64,000 bases of DNA, from positions 189 through 64,188 of the forward strand of contig CAMEKS010000002.1 in NCBI GenBank assembly GCA_945921465.1, given 5' to 3'. The notes below the pieces were generated by a model. It worked only from the letters and a program-made list of their open reading frames with translations, ran no database searches and was not told the DNA's origin. Shown here piece after piece: positions 28,356 through 38,300 of this stretch. The position numbers were made by a program, and so were the translations under genes. Source of the stretch: an uncultured Clostridia bacterium. GTDB lineage: Bacteria > Bacillota > Clostridia > Christensenellales > UBA1242. Position 1 is the first letter of the stretch. Every line of letters starts with the position of its first letter.

Positions 28356-30267
28356 AATTTTGAATAACTCAGCTTATAATTTGCAAAAGAAGTTACTAGG
28401 GATTTTCTTGCTAGTAACTTTTATTTTTGTTCTTATACTATTAAGATTAGCTTATTTGCAGTTAATCAAAAGCGGATGGTTACGTGCAAAAGTGAGCACT
28501 CAATGGACAAGAAGCCTGCCTATAGAGTCGGTTAGAGGTAAAATTATGGACCGCAATAATGTAGAGTTGGCAACTAGCTATTCTTCTTATGATGTATATG
28601 TTAGACCAAGTATGGTCACCGATTTTGCGGCAGTTGCCTTAGCGTTGTCCGAAAGTATTGGATTGGATTATGATGCTGTATACAACAAAATAACTAATAA
28701 TAAAGTTAGTGAAATATTAATTAAAAAGCAAGCGACAGATACAATGATCCAAAAACTTACTCTATATAAGTTAAGTGGAATTTACTATAGCGAAAATACT
28801 ACTAGATATTATCCTTATGGTGATTTGGCATCTCAAGTAATAGGTATAACCAATATTGATAATGTAGGACAATCGGGTTTAGAAATGTACTACGATGAAT
28901 ATTTGCAGGGTATTGATGGACATTATATGGTTGATAGCGATGTTAGGGGCGTAGAAATAGACAATTCGCTATATACATTTGTTGATAGTGTTGATGGTTT
29001 AAGTGTATCATTAACATTAGATGTTAATATTCAGAAGTCGTTAGAGAAGGCATTGCTTAAATTAATGGACGAGCAAAAGCCCAAAACTGCTACTGGGATT
29101 GTTATGGGAGCAAAGACAGGTGAAATTGTCGCAATGTCTAGTAAACCGAGTTTTGACCTAAATAATCCTGACAGAAATAACATAACAGAACTAATGCAGA
29201 CAATGAAAAATTTAAGCATAGTTGATGTGTACGAACCAGGTTCTACATTCAAAGTATTAACAATGGCGGCTGCATTAGATTCTGGCAAAGCACATCTTAC
29301 TGATAGATTCTATGATCCGGGGTATGTTATTATAGATGGAGAGCGAATTAAATGTTGGAAGCACACCGGGCATGGTAGTCAAAATCTAACTGAGGGGTTA
29401 TGCAATAGTTGTAATGCCGTATTTACCGAATTGGCTTTAAGACTTGGATTAACACAGTTTTATGAATATTGCAACAGGTTTGGTTTGGGAAATCAGTTAG
29501 GAATTGATTTCTTCGGTGAAGCAAGTGGAATTATTATGGATAGTACTAGGGTCAAAAATGTCGACTTGGCTCGTATGGGTTTTGGTCAAGCAATTGCAGT
29601 CTCACCTTTGCAATTAATCACAGCGATTTGTAGTGTTCTTAATGGCGGAAATTTAATGAAACCTTATTTCTTAAAATCTATATTTGATTCAGAAGGTAAT
29701 CTAATCAAAGAGAACAGCCCTACTGTACTTAATAGGACGGTAAGTGAGGATACTAGTAGCAAAATACGAGTAATGTTTGAAGAAGTTGTAAAGCATTATA
29801 CAGGTATAGGGTCGTTTATAGAAGGGTATAGGGTCGGTGGAAAGACAGGCACTAGCCAGAAATACGATGCTAATGGAATTAGCGGACTATACATATCTAG
29901 TTTTGTGGGATGTTATCCGGCTGACGACCCAGAATATGTAGTGTTAATAGTGGCTGACGAGCCAAGTATGGGCAATTATTATGGTAGTGTGGTTGCCACA
30001 CCATACGCCAAATTAGTTTTTGAAGATATTATTAATTATAAAGGTGATGAACCAGGGGACACACTAGAGGCTGATAAGAAAAAAATGGAACTAAATATCG
30101 AGTTGCCTAACCTTGTGGGGATGTCTCTGACAGAAGCGGTTGAATTGCTTCAGTCATTGGGTCTACAGTTTCAGATAGCGGGTGCTGGAGATAGAGTGTT
30201 GTCTCAGACTCCTACACCCAAATATATGTGTCACTCCGAAGCAATGATAATACTTACTACAGAATAA
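28339..30267 (+). CDS. class B penicillin-binding protein (PBP2B/SpoVD/FtsI family) with one PASTA domain
   Basis: N-terminal TM and dimerisation domain. Transpeptidase motifs STFK, SCN and KTGT, plus a C-terminal PASTA domain. The start is ambiguous (ATG 28339 or TTG 28360 with a GGGGGA RBS). Confidence 0.88.
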   Translation: MFLGDKILNNSAYNLQKKLLGIFLLVTFIFVLILLRLAYLQLIKSGWLRAKVSTQWTRSLPIESVRGKIMDRNNVELATSYSSYDVYVRPSMVTDFAAVALALSESIGLDYDAVYNKITNNKVSEILIKKQATDTMIQKLTLYKLSGIYYSENTTRYYPYGDLASQVIGITNIDNVGQSGLEMYYDEYLQGIDGHYMVDSDVRGVEIDNSLYTFVDSVDGLSVSLTLDVNIQKSLEKALLKLMDEQKPKTATGIVMGAKTGEIVAMSSKPSFDLNNPDRNNITELMQTMKNLSIVDVYEPGSTFKVLTMAAALDSGKAHLTDRFYDPGYVIIDGERIKCWKHTGHGSQNLTEGLCNSCNAVFTELALRLGLTQFYEYCNRFGLGNQLGIDFFGEASGIIMDSTRVKNVDLARMGFGQAIAVSPLQLITAICSVLNGGNLMKPYFLKSIFDSEGNLIKENSPTVLNRTVSEDTSSKIRVMFEEVVKHYTGIGSFIEGYRVGGKTGTSQKYDANGISGLYISSFVGCYPADDPEYVVLIVADEPSMGNYYGSVVATPYAKLVFEDIINYKGDEPGDTLEADKKKMELNIELPNLVGMSLTEAVELLQSLGLQFQIAGAGDRVLSQTPTPKYMCHSEAMIILTTE

Positions 30268-30457
30268 TTTCTTAATAATTAGGCTGTTAGGATACGGAGT
30301 TCTATTAATAACATATTAAATATTATAAAATTTATTTTAGAGTTAATCTATAATATTGTTATACATTAATAACTAATGACGCTTTGTTGTTATTTTAGTT
30401 ATGTTAGAAAATATTCACAAATATCAATTATTTTTCATAATTATCAATAGATTAATA

Positions 30458-30506
30458 GGGTAATAGCGATAATAGATAATCTTTCGCCATTACCCTTTGT
30501 TGTATT
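30458..30506 (+). terminator. rho-independent terminator about 190 nt downstream of the PBP gene
   Basis: GGGTAATAGCGA-14 nt-TCGCCATTACCC followed by TTTGTTGTATT. Confidence 0.65.
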
Positions 30507-30637
30507 GGCTATATGTATATTAGGATATTTATTAATTCTTAATATTTTATAGAATAATTAAATGAACATAATATTTTTTTAATATACAAATTTTTAGTTT
30601 TGTTTAGATTGTTGTACAACTTAATTGGAGGTATGAA

Positions 30638-31981
30638 ATGAGATATTTTGGCACTGACGGTATAAGAGGACAAATAGACAATGGTCTGAATAGCGAACTG
30701 GCTTATTCAATAGGTAGGGCAATTGGTAGTATTATAATTGATAACAATATGACGCCCAAAGTTGTAGTAGGCAAAGATACTAGATATAGCGGAGATGTGA
30801 TATCTTATTCTCTTTGCTGCGGATTGATGGAATATGGAGTAGAATGTATGATGCTAGGGATTGTGCCTACTGCGTGTGTTTCTTACATAACTACTAGGAC
30901 GCCAGCAGCATATGGCATTATGATTACCGCCTCACACAATTCGTGGGATATGAATGGTATTAAAATTTTTAATAAACTCGGTTATAAATGTGATGAGGCA
31001 GAAGAAAAATTAATAGAAAATTTGATAGATAATCCAATGACACCTAAAAGCGATATTAAGGGCAAAATATCTAATAGGCGAGATCTGGTGGAAAAATACA
31101 TTACAGGAATAATTAAATTAATTGATACAGACTTAAGCAATTATAGCATTGCTTTAGACTTGGCTAATGGCGCTAATTATAGCATAGCACCCCAAATATT
31201 TCGCAAATTAAATGCCAATATTGTCCCAATATCAACGGAGTCGGATGGCTACAGTATTAATAAAGATTGTGGGGCTCAATATATTGACAGAATAGTCGAA
31301 GAGACAATTAAGCACAAGTGCGATTTTGGTTTTGCGTTTGACGGTGATGCGGATAGATTAAGAGTAGTGACAAGAGATGGAACTGCATTAGATGGAGACG
31401 ATATATTGTATTTATTAGCGTTATATCTCAAGTCAGAAGACAGGCTTAATTCACTTACTGTTGTTGGCACAATTTTATCTAATAGCGGTCTAGAAGCATC
31501 ATTAAATAATCAAGGAATCAACTTTGTTCGGACAGATGTGGGGGATAAGAATGTAATAGAAGCATTAAGAGATTATAGATATTGTTTAGGCGGAGAAAGC
31601 AGTGGGCATATTTGTCTACACGATTATAACACCACTTGTGATGCTTTATTCAACAGCTTATTCTTGCTTAAAATAGTCGCTGAGGGCAAAATAGATATTA
31701 AGGAAAGCCTTGCTCAATTGATTAAAAAACCAAGTATAGCGATCAATATCCCTACTTCTCAGTTATTTCGTGATAATTATTATAATAATGACTTTGCATT
31801 AGTATTACAGAAAAAAGTATCTCAAATATGTAAAGGCAGCAAGTCGATAATTAGACCATCTGGGACAGAGGCAGTCTTTAGAGTTAATATAGAGGGTGAT
31901 AGTATTGACAAAATCAAATCCCAGAGCGAGAAAGTAAAAAAATATATAATTACTCTCGATCGAAAAATTAATAATAGATAA
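30638..31981 (+). CDS. glmM: phosphoglucosamine mutase GlmM
   Basis: MRYFGTDGIRG start, phosphoserine loop TASHNSWDMNGIKIF, metal loop FDGDADR and GGESSGH. Confidence 0.9.
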   Translation: MRYFGTDGIRGQIDNGLNSELAYSIGRAIGSIIIDNNMTPKVVVGKDTRYSGDVISYSLCCGLMEYGVECMMLGIVPTACVSYITTRTPAAYGIMITASHNSWDMNGIKIFNKLGYKCDEAEEKLIENLIDNPMTPKSDIKGKISNRRDLVEKYITGIIKLIDTDLSNYSIALDLANGANYSIAPQIFRKLNANIVPISTESDGYSINKDCGAQYIDRIVEETIKHKCDFGFAFDGDADRLRVVTRDGTALDGDDILYLLALYLKSEDRLNSLTVVGTILSNSGLEASLNNQGINFVRTDVGDKNVIEALRDYRYCLGGESSGHICLHDYNTTCDALFNSLFLLKIVAEGKIDIKESLAQLIKKPSIAINIPTSQLFRDNYYNNDFALVLQKKVSQICKGSKSIIRPSGTEAVFRVNIEGDSIDKIKSQSEKVKKYIITLDRKINNR

Positions 31982-32125
31982 AATCTATATTGATGCATAA
32001 GAGCAATCTCGTAACTTAATAATAATATATGCATATCACATATATCTAAGATTATTATTAGTATCTATAATAACTTATTATATTCTATATTAAATGTTGA
32101 GATATTACGCAAATAATTTAATATA

Positions 32126-32184
32126 TAAAAAATAGACAACTGTGAATTAATATTTGTTATAATATTTTCACAGTTGCCTTTTTA
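32126..32184. terminator. bidirectional terminator between glmM and the DUF2726 gene
   Basis: A-run, then GACAACTGTGAA ... TTCACAGTTGCC, then a T-run. The T-run overlaps the stop codon of the minus-strand gene. Confidence 0.7.
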
Positions 32185-32730
32185 AGAATTTTTAATGTTT
32201 TCTTTTATTTGAACAAATACTTTTTCATTCATAGAATTAAATAGATCAGCCCTTAGCGTATCTAAGTCATATTGTTCTTGCAATCTAACTTGAATAATAG
32301 GCAGTTTGACTTTTTTTAATAATTTAATTACTTCTTCATCAATTTTTTTCAAACTTTGGTTAAGGGGGCTAGGAGTAAACAAATCTATGACTAACACTGG
32401 CTCCATAGTTTTTTGCAAAAATATGCATATATCTACTACCTTGCTTTGCGCTATATTGAAATCAACTTTATCCCCATTGGGTAATAATAATTTCTCTAAA
32501 GGTACAAAGGGGAAAGCGATAAAGTCTTTTGGCAGTGTCTGAAATAATACTTCCATAAAATGCATCTCTGCTGGTGAGCAATATGACTTAACTAATTTTA
32601 CATTATTATCCGACAATGCTTTTGGTTTTGCTATTTCATATTTGTTGTTTTTCTTGATAGAATAATACGCAATTATTGCAATAATAATAGCGACACCAAT
32701 GATTATACTGCATATTAGTAATATATTCAT
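32182..32730 (-). CDS. membrane-anchored DUF2726 domain protein
   Basis: N-terminal TM helix, then the DUF2726-like pattern SPAEMHFMEVL...FPFVPLEKLL...IAQSKVVDICIF...PVLVIDL. Confidence 0.55.
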   Translation of the reverse strand: MNILLICSIIIGVAIIIAIIAYYSIKKNNKYEIAKPKALSDNNVKLVKSYCSPAEMHFMEVLFQTLPKDFIAFPFVPLEKLLLPNGDKVDFNIAQSKVVDICIFLQKTMEPVLVIDLFTPSPLNQSLKKIDEEVIKLLKKVKLPIIQVRLQEQYDLDTLRADLFNSMNEKVFVQIKENIKNS

Positions 32731-32744
32731 TTATATCCTCCATT

Positions 32745-33422
32745 TTATACGTTTTCAATTTGCCAATCGATTGGTGTTTTGCCTAATTTAATTAATAGGT
32801 CATTAGTTTTGCTGAAATGTTTTGTTCCAAACCAGCCGCCTTGATTGGCGCTTAGTGGACTAGGATGTGCGGCTTCTAATACATAATGCTTATTTCGGTC
32901 TATATTTCTACCCAATTGTTTGGCACTATTGCCCCATAGTAAGAATATTATTGGGTCATCTCTATCATTAAGCAATTTTATTATTGCTGAGGTTATCTTT
33001 TCCCACCCTTTGCCTTTGTGGCTATTGGCAAGGCCTGCTTGAACGGTTAATACACTATTTAGAAGCAAAACCCCTTGTTTTGCCCATTTGGTTAGATTGC
33101 CATTGTTGGGCATATAACAACCCAAGTCTGATTGCAATTCCTTGAATATATTTATCAAAGACGGTGGTAGGTTGATATCTTTTTCTACCGAAAAACTTAG
33201 TCCATGTGCTTGGTTAGGATTGTGATACGGGTCTTGACCAATTATTACTACTTTAACATCCGTATACTTTACTAAGTTTAGTGCGTTAAATACATTCTCT
33301 GCCTTTGGATAAATAGTTTTTGTATTATACTCTTGAGTTAAAAATTTTTCTAAATTTTTGTATGTATCGGATTCAAATTCATTTTTCAATAATTTGTACC
33401 AGTTATCTTTTATTAGAAACAT
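32745..33422 (-). CDS. ung: uracil-DNA glycosylase
   Basis: GQDPYHNPNQAHGLSFSV water-activating loop and the HPSPLSA motif. Confidence 0.95.
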   Translation of the reverse strand: MFLIKDNWYKLLKNEFESDTYKNLEKFLTQEYNTKTIYPKAENVFNALNLVKYTDVKVVIIGQDPYHNPNQAHGLSFSVEKDINLPPSLINIFKELQSDLGCYMPNNGNLTKWAKQGVLLLNSVLTVQAGLANSHKGKGWEKITSAIIKLLNDRDDPIIFLLWGNSAKQLGRNIDRNKHYVLEAAHPSPLSANQGGWFGTKHFSKTNDLLIKLGKTPIDWQIENV

Positions 33423-33807
33423 TATTGTCTTCCTTTATTATTGCTAAATCTAAATAGTATTTATTTAATCGGATTTTACTATTAGTTTATTTTATGTTAG
33501 TGTTCAAAATTTAATTTAATAAATTAGTAAAGATATACAATGTTATTGTAGCACAAACTGATTATATTTTGAAATATATTTTGCGAATTTTGGTATAAAG
33601 TGCTATATTATATTCAATAGAATAATAAGGCTATAATATTATTTAATATATTTGGTTAACTAAATTAAATGTTATTATAATTGAATGTAAATCATAATTT
33701 ACATTAGATTATTTTAGCAAATTTATAAAATATACTTTGTATTAGTTATAAATATATATTATCTTACATTTAGTTAAGAAATTATTAATGCATTACATAG
33801 ATTAAAA

Positions 33808-34977
33808 ATGATTTTTAATATTAAAAATAATATAACTAGAAGAAATATTAATAAATTAACTAAGCAATACAGATATCAAATCATAATGTATAGTATTTTG
33901 GTGGCAGTAATAATTGCATTGCTATCCATCGGTTCGACAGTTAATTGGTTTTTTCGTCTATATCCTAACCTTGATAATATTGCAAATAATTCTTTTGAAT
34001 TTCATTTAATAGATGTAGGCGAATCGAATGCTTCCGCTATAGTGTTTCCTAACAATGATGTCTTATTATATGATACAGGTGATGAGAAACATAATATAGA
34101 GGTGATGACATATATAGATAATGTACTTCTTCGTCGAGGAGGAAGTGTAAAATATTTGGTAATATCTCATACAGACCTGGATCACATTGGCAATGTTGAC
34201 ACTATTTGGGATAGATATAAGCCTCAGTATTTATATTTACCCGATACTAGAGAATATGCTAATTACAAGTATCAATATTTGCTTAATAGCGTAGAACAAT
34301 CTAATTCGAATGTGATATTTAATTATGAAGGCGTTAGCCTAGAGATATCGGGGGTCAAACTTACCTGGTTATCTCCCAACAGACCATCTTATAGTGAGAC
34401 TAATGATTATAGTCCAATAATCTTAGTAGAATACAATGACTACAAAATGTTACTAACAGGCGATTCAGGACATAATATTGGCAAAGATAATGGTATCAAC
34501 GTGGAAGCAGAAGCTATATCTTATGCTACAAGTGTTGATATTGACATAGATGTGGATGTATTAGTGGCTGGTCACCATGGGAGTAAATATAGTACAAGCA
34601 CGTTGCTATTAGATTATGTCAAGCCGGAGAAACTGCTTATCTCTGTAGGGGATAATACTTATGGCCACCCTGCGAATGAATTATATGAGAGAATACTTAC
34701 TTATGATCAAGGTAACAGTTCAAATTTGTTGCAAAATATCTACACCACAGAGCATAATGGCAATATAATTATAGACACTATTGGCATCAACAATGAATAT
34801 AGAATTTCTACTATAAATAATATTAATTCGTATTTGTTTATTCCATATTTTGTAATTATTTTATTGGCCTTGATTCCTACATTATATCTTTTAGTACGAA
34901 GTATTTGCATACATAATTATTTAATAAATTATTATTCGCAAAAGCATACTAGCACCAAAGAAATAGAAGTGAATTAA
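33808..34977 (+). CDS. ComEC-family metallo-beta-lactamase domain membrane protein
   Basis: N-terminal TM. MBL motifs IDVGESNA, SHTDLDHIGN and GHHGSKYS, as in the ComEC/Rec2 C-terminal domain. Also a C-terminal TM helix. Confidence 0.65.
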   Translation: MIFNIKNNITRRNINKLTKQYRYQIIMYSILVAVIIALLSIGSTVNWFFRLYPNLDNIANNSFEFHLIDVGESNASAIVFPNNDVLLYDTGDEKHNIEVMTYIDNVLLRRGGSVKYLVISHTDLDHIGNVDTIWDRYKPQYLYLPDTREYANYKYQYLLNSVEQSNSNVIFNYEGVSLEISGVKLTWLSPNRPSYSETNDYSPIILVEYNDYKMLLTGDSGHNIGKDNGINVEAEAISYATSVDIDIDVDVLVAGHHGSKYSTSTLLLDYVKPEKLLISVGDNTYGHPANELYERILTYDQGNSSNLLQNIYTTEHNGNIIIDTIGINNEYRISTINNINSYLFIPYFVIILLALIPTLYLLVRSICIHNYLINYYSQKHTSTKEIEVN

Positions 34978-35254
34978 GCGGTGTAGCAAAATTTGCAAAT
35001 ATTAATTACTAGTGTTGTAGGGTATAATTATATTTGCATATCGTAATTATTGCGAAAAATAGTATTTTATATTAACAATATCATTGGAATTTAGAGATCG
35101 TACGCGTTAGTGTCGCTTTTATATAATTAATATTTCAATCAGGATACCGCTAATAATAGTGGAATTGCGGTAGCAAACTGAGTTATGAGCGATAGCATAA
35201 GCAAGTCTACATTACATAGATATATTATCGCAATTCTTTAATATTTATAACTCA

Positions 35255-35303
35255 AGAAAAAACAGACTAGGAAAGTAATTATATTCCTAGTCTATTTCTT
35301 TTG
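35255..35303. terminator. bidirectional terminator between convergent genes
   Basis: A-run, then AGACTAGGAA-10 nt-TTCCTAGTCT, then a T-rich tract. Confidence 0.7.
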
Positions 35304-35376
35304 TTTATTCAAATATTTTACCAAACGTATTAAAACGATTGTATTAATAATAATATTTTATTAGTTAGTCACAAGA

Positions 35377-38300
35377 TTACTTAGTATCTACTTTATTAAT
35401 CATAGCGTTAAGACTATCATTAATATCTTTAATTTCTTGTTTGATTAGTCTAATTTCTTTTCTAATTTCTTCTTGACGAGTATCTGATCTCTTAATCAAG
35501 TCATCATATTTCGCCATTTCTTTGTTATAATTACGCTCTATATGTTTTATCTTGATGCTTATTTGTTTTTCTTGTTTCTCAATTTCGTAAATTTGTAGAT
35601 TATATTCGGCATCTTTTTCTTTGGATGCGCTCATTTTGTTTTCTGCTATATCTTTGTTATGAACCTTACTAATTTCTACCTTTTGATTATATAAGTCCTT
35701 TAACTTAGTGCGTAAATCTGCAGTGTCCTTATCTGCAATGTCTTGTAATGCATCTAGTTTTGCCTTCTCTGCTTCTTTGTATGCATCAGTCTGAGCTTTA
35801 ATTTCATTTAATTCTGTAGTTAGATTAGCAATCAATTCTTTTCTATACGCAATCTTTTCTTTAGCATCGAATTGTTTGTCAAGAGTTTGTCTTCTATCAT
35901 AACTAGTGTCAACTTTCTTCTTGCGAGGGTGTATCTTAATCTTTTTGATAAAGTATGCAAGTATTGCCAAAATCATTGCTGCACTAGTAACTAAACTGCT
36001 GATTAGCAACCAGGCTGGGGTGGCCGAATATGGCTCGGTCTCTTCAGTGTCAGTATTGTCTTCTGTAGTATCGGCAATAGTAGTAATTGACTTAACAATG
36101 GCATCTAAATTTGCTTCTTTGTCATTGGTCATTTCAGATTCGGAACCTAACTTGACTATTTCTAATTTAGTGAAATATGCCTCACCAATAACTTTGTTAT
36201 CGTCTGTTCCTAGACCTAAATTAATCTTAACCGATGTCTCAGATGTTGGCTTAATGTATAAAATATACTTAACCAATTCATCGGCGTTAGTGTTGATATT
36301 GTAATGGCCGTCTATATGATCGCCATAAGTTATAGTGAAATACGCGCCATACTCTGTTATGTTATCTGGATTTACTAGTTTTGCTATATCTTTAGTATTG
36401 ATATACAGTGATATTTTGTACCAAGATTCAGATGCTAATGTTATGGAGTTAGTGCTACTAATACCATATTTGACATCATTAGTGTCAGCCATTACGTATC
36501 CAATATCTTCGCCATCTGTTGACATTGCAAATTCATTGCTCTTTAAAAATCCATTATATGCATATTCTATATTAGTATCAACAGTCCAGTTGGCAGAGTT
36601 GCCAAAATAGTTTTTGTTAAGATCTACTATATTTAGGTCTGTGTGATTTGCGATAAGGTTATTATATAGTTCCGAACTAATACTAGTAATACTAATATTA
36701 TCAAAATATGCATATGCATCTACATTACTTAGCGCTAACTCGATATTGCATTTATTAGAATTTAGGTTAGTGGCTATATAATAAGTGTAATGCTGCCATT
36801 CATTGTTAGTTCGGATGTCTTTAACTGCAACTATTTCACCATTATTAGAATCTAATAATTTAACCGACGCACCATTATTGTTATCTGTGCTAAAATTCTG
36901 TGTGTAGCAGTCAAATTCGAACTTGTAATAAGAATTTGCTGATAGTGAAATTGTATTAGAAGTAGTGTATTTAATATTTTGTTGTTTGCTGGTTGTACCC
37001 ATCATTAATACATTGTTACTATTGGTTACAGCATCTCCTATTTTGCCTGGGTTGCGCAAAATAGTACTATTAGTGTAATTACTATAATTATTGTTAAATA
37101 TTCTCTCGTTAGTATTAATCACGCCAGCATATACACTATTTGTTTTGCCAGTGATTGTCCAGGAAGCAGGTGATATAGGCTTGTTAGTAGATAAGCTGTC
37201 ATTTTCTATAGAGTCAAATGTACCATTACTTACCAGATTACTAGTTGATGGCACTGCAGTAAGATTAAGTGTGTTATCTGCAGATTTACCAGATGAAAAT
37301 TGGCTATAAGTGACTTCTTGCATTCTTACATCATCAAAGAATACATAATTTTCTCCACTAGCCTTGTTGTCATTGTCTTTACCTATACTAAATATTAATT
37401 GTAGGTTACTATCTCTTAGAGTGTTGCCGCTAATGTAAATGCTGTATTGTTTCCAATTGTTTGTTAGATTGCTACTTCCAGTAGGGGTGTTAGATATTGC
37501 CATAGATAGTTTAGTTGACTCTTTGTCAGAATCTAACAAAGTAGCATAACCAACAGTACTATTGCTGCAGTCCGAATATGCCCAAAAACTTAGTCTATAT
37601 AATCCATACTGCTTTATAGTAAATTTGTTGCTCTTTACACCATAATAAGTAGCGTTATTTTCGTCTGCATTGCTATACAACAATAATGCGGAGTTGTTAC
37701 TAGTGCTAGAATTATTATTTTCTGGGATATTAGGATATTTTTGGTTGCCTTTTACATATCCGCCTGCAGTTTGTGTATCAACAATGTTAACAAATACGTC
37801 ACCAGTATTTGCAGAACCTACAGTCTGCCAATCGACGAGATTGTTATCAAACGAAGCATTATCAACAATGTCGTATATATAGGAGTTGTTAAGAGAAATT
37901 AAATGTTCATTGGATTTTAATGATTCAGCCGCAGGGACATTATTATTGTACTCTGCCTCGGAATATTCTTCTATTTTAACTTGATTAAAGAATACAGCAC
38001 CTTGACACTTGGTATCTTTACTGCCCAGATATAATTTAATAGTTAAATTCTTTTCATCACTAAATGAACTGGTGTTGATGTAGAAGTTATATGTCTGCCA
38101 AGTATTTTTTGTATTAATGTTTTCAAAACTAGTTGTTGCTTCTGTATCTGATATTCCATCAATATAAATAGAAGCAAATGCATCAGACTTTCTTGTTTCA
38201 GTCTCTAATGTATCGTCATCTTCAGATTTAACATAACCAGTCGCAGTATCGTTGATTGTTTTCAGACTAACAGAGATTTTGTAGTAAGATGACTTGTTAA

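Noticed and set aside
35095-35220. Slightly G+C-richer patch between convergent genes, as a small RNA or peptide gene
   Set aside because: It contains only one short hairpin (TACCGC...GCGGTA). Candidate 18-19-codon ORFs on both strands lack RBS. This is insufficient evidence.
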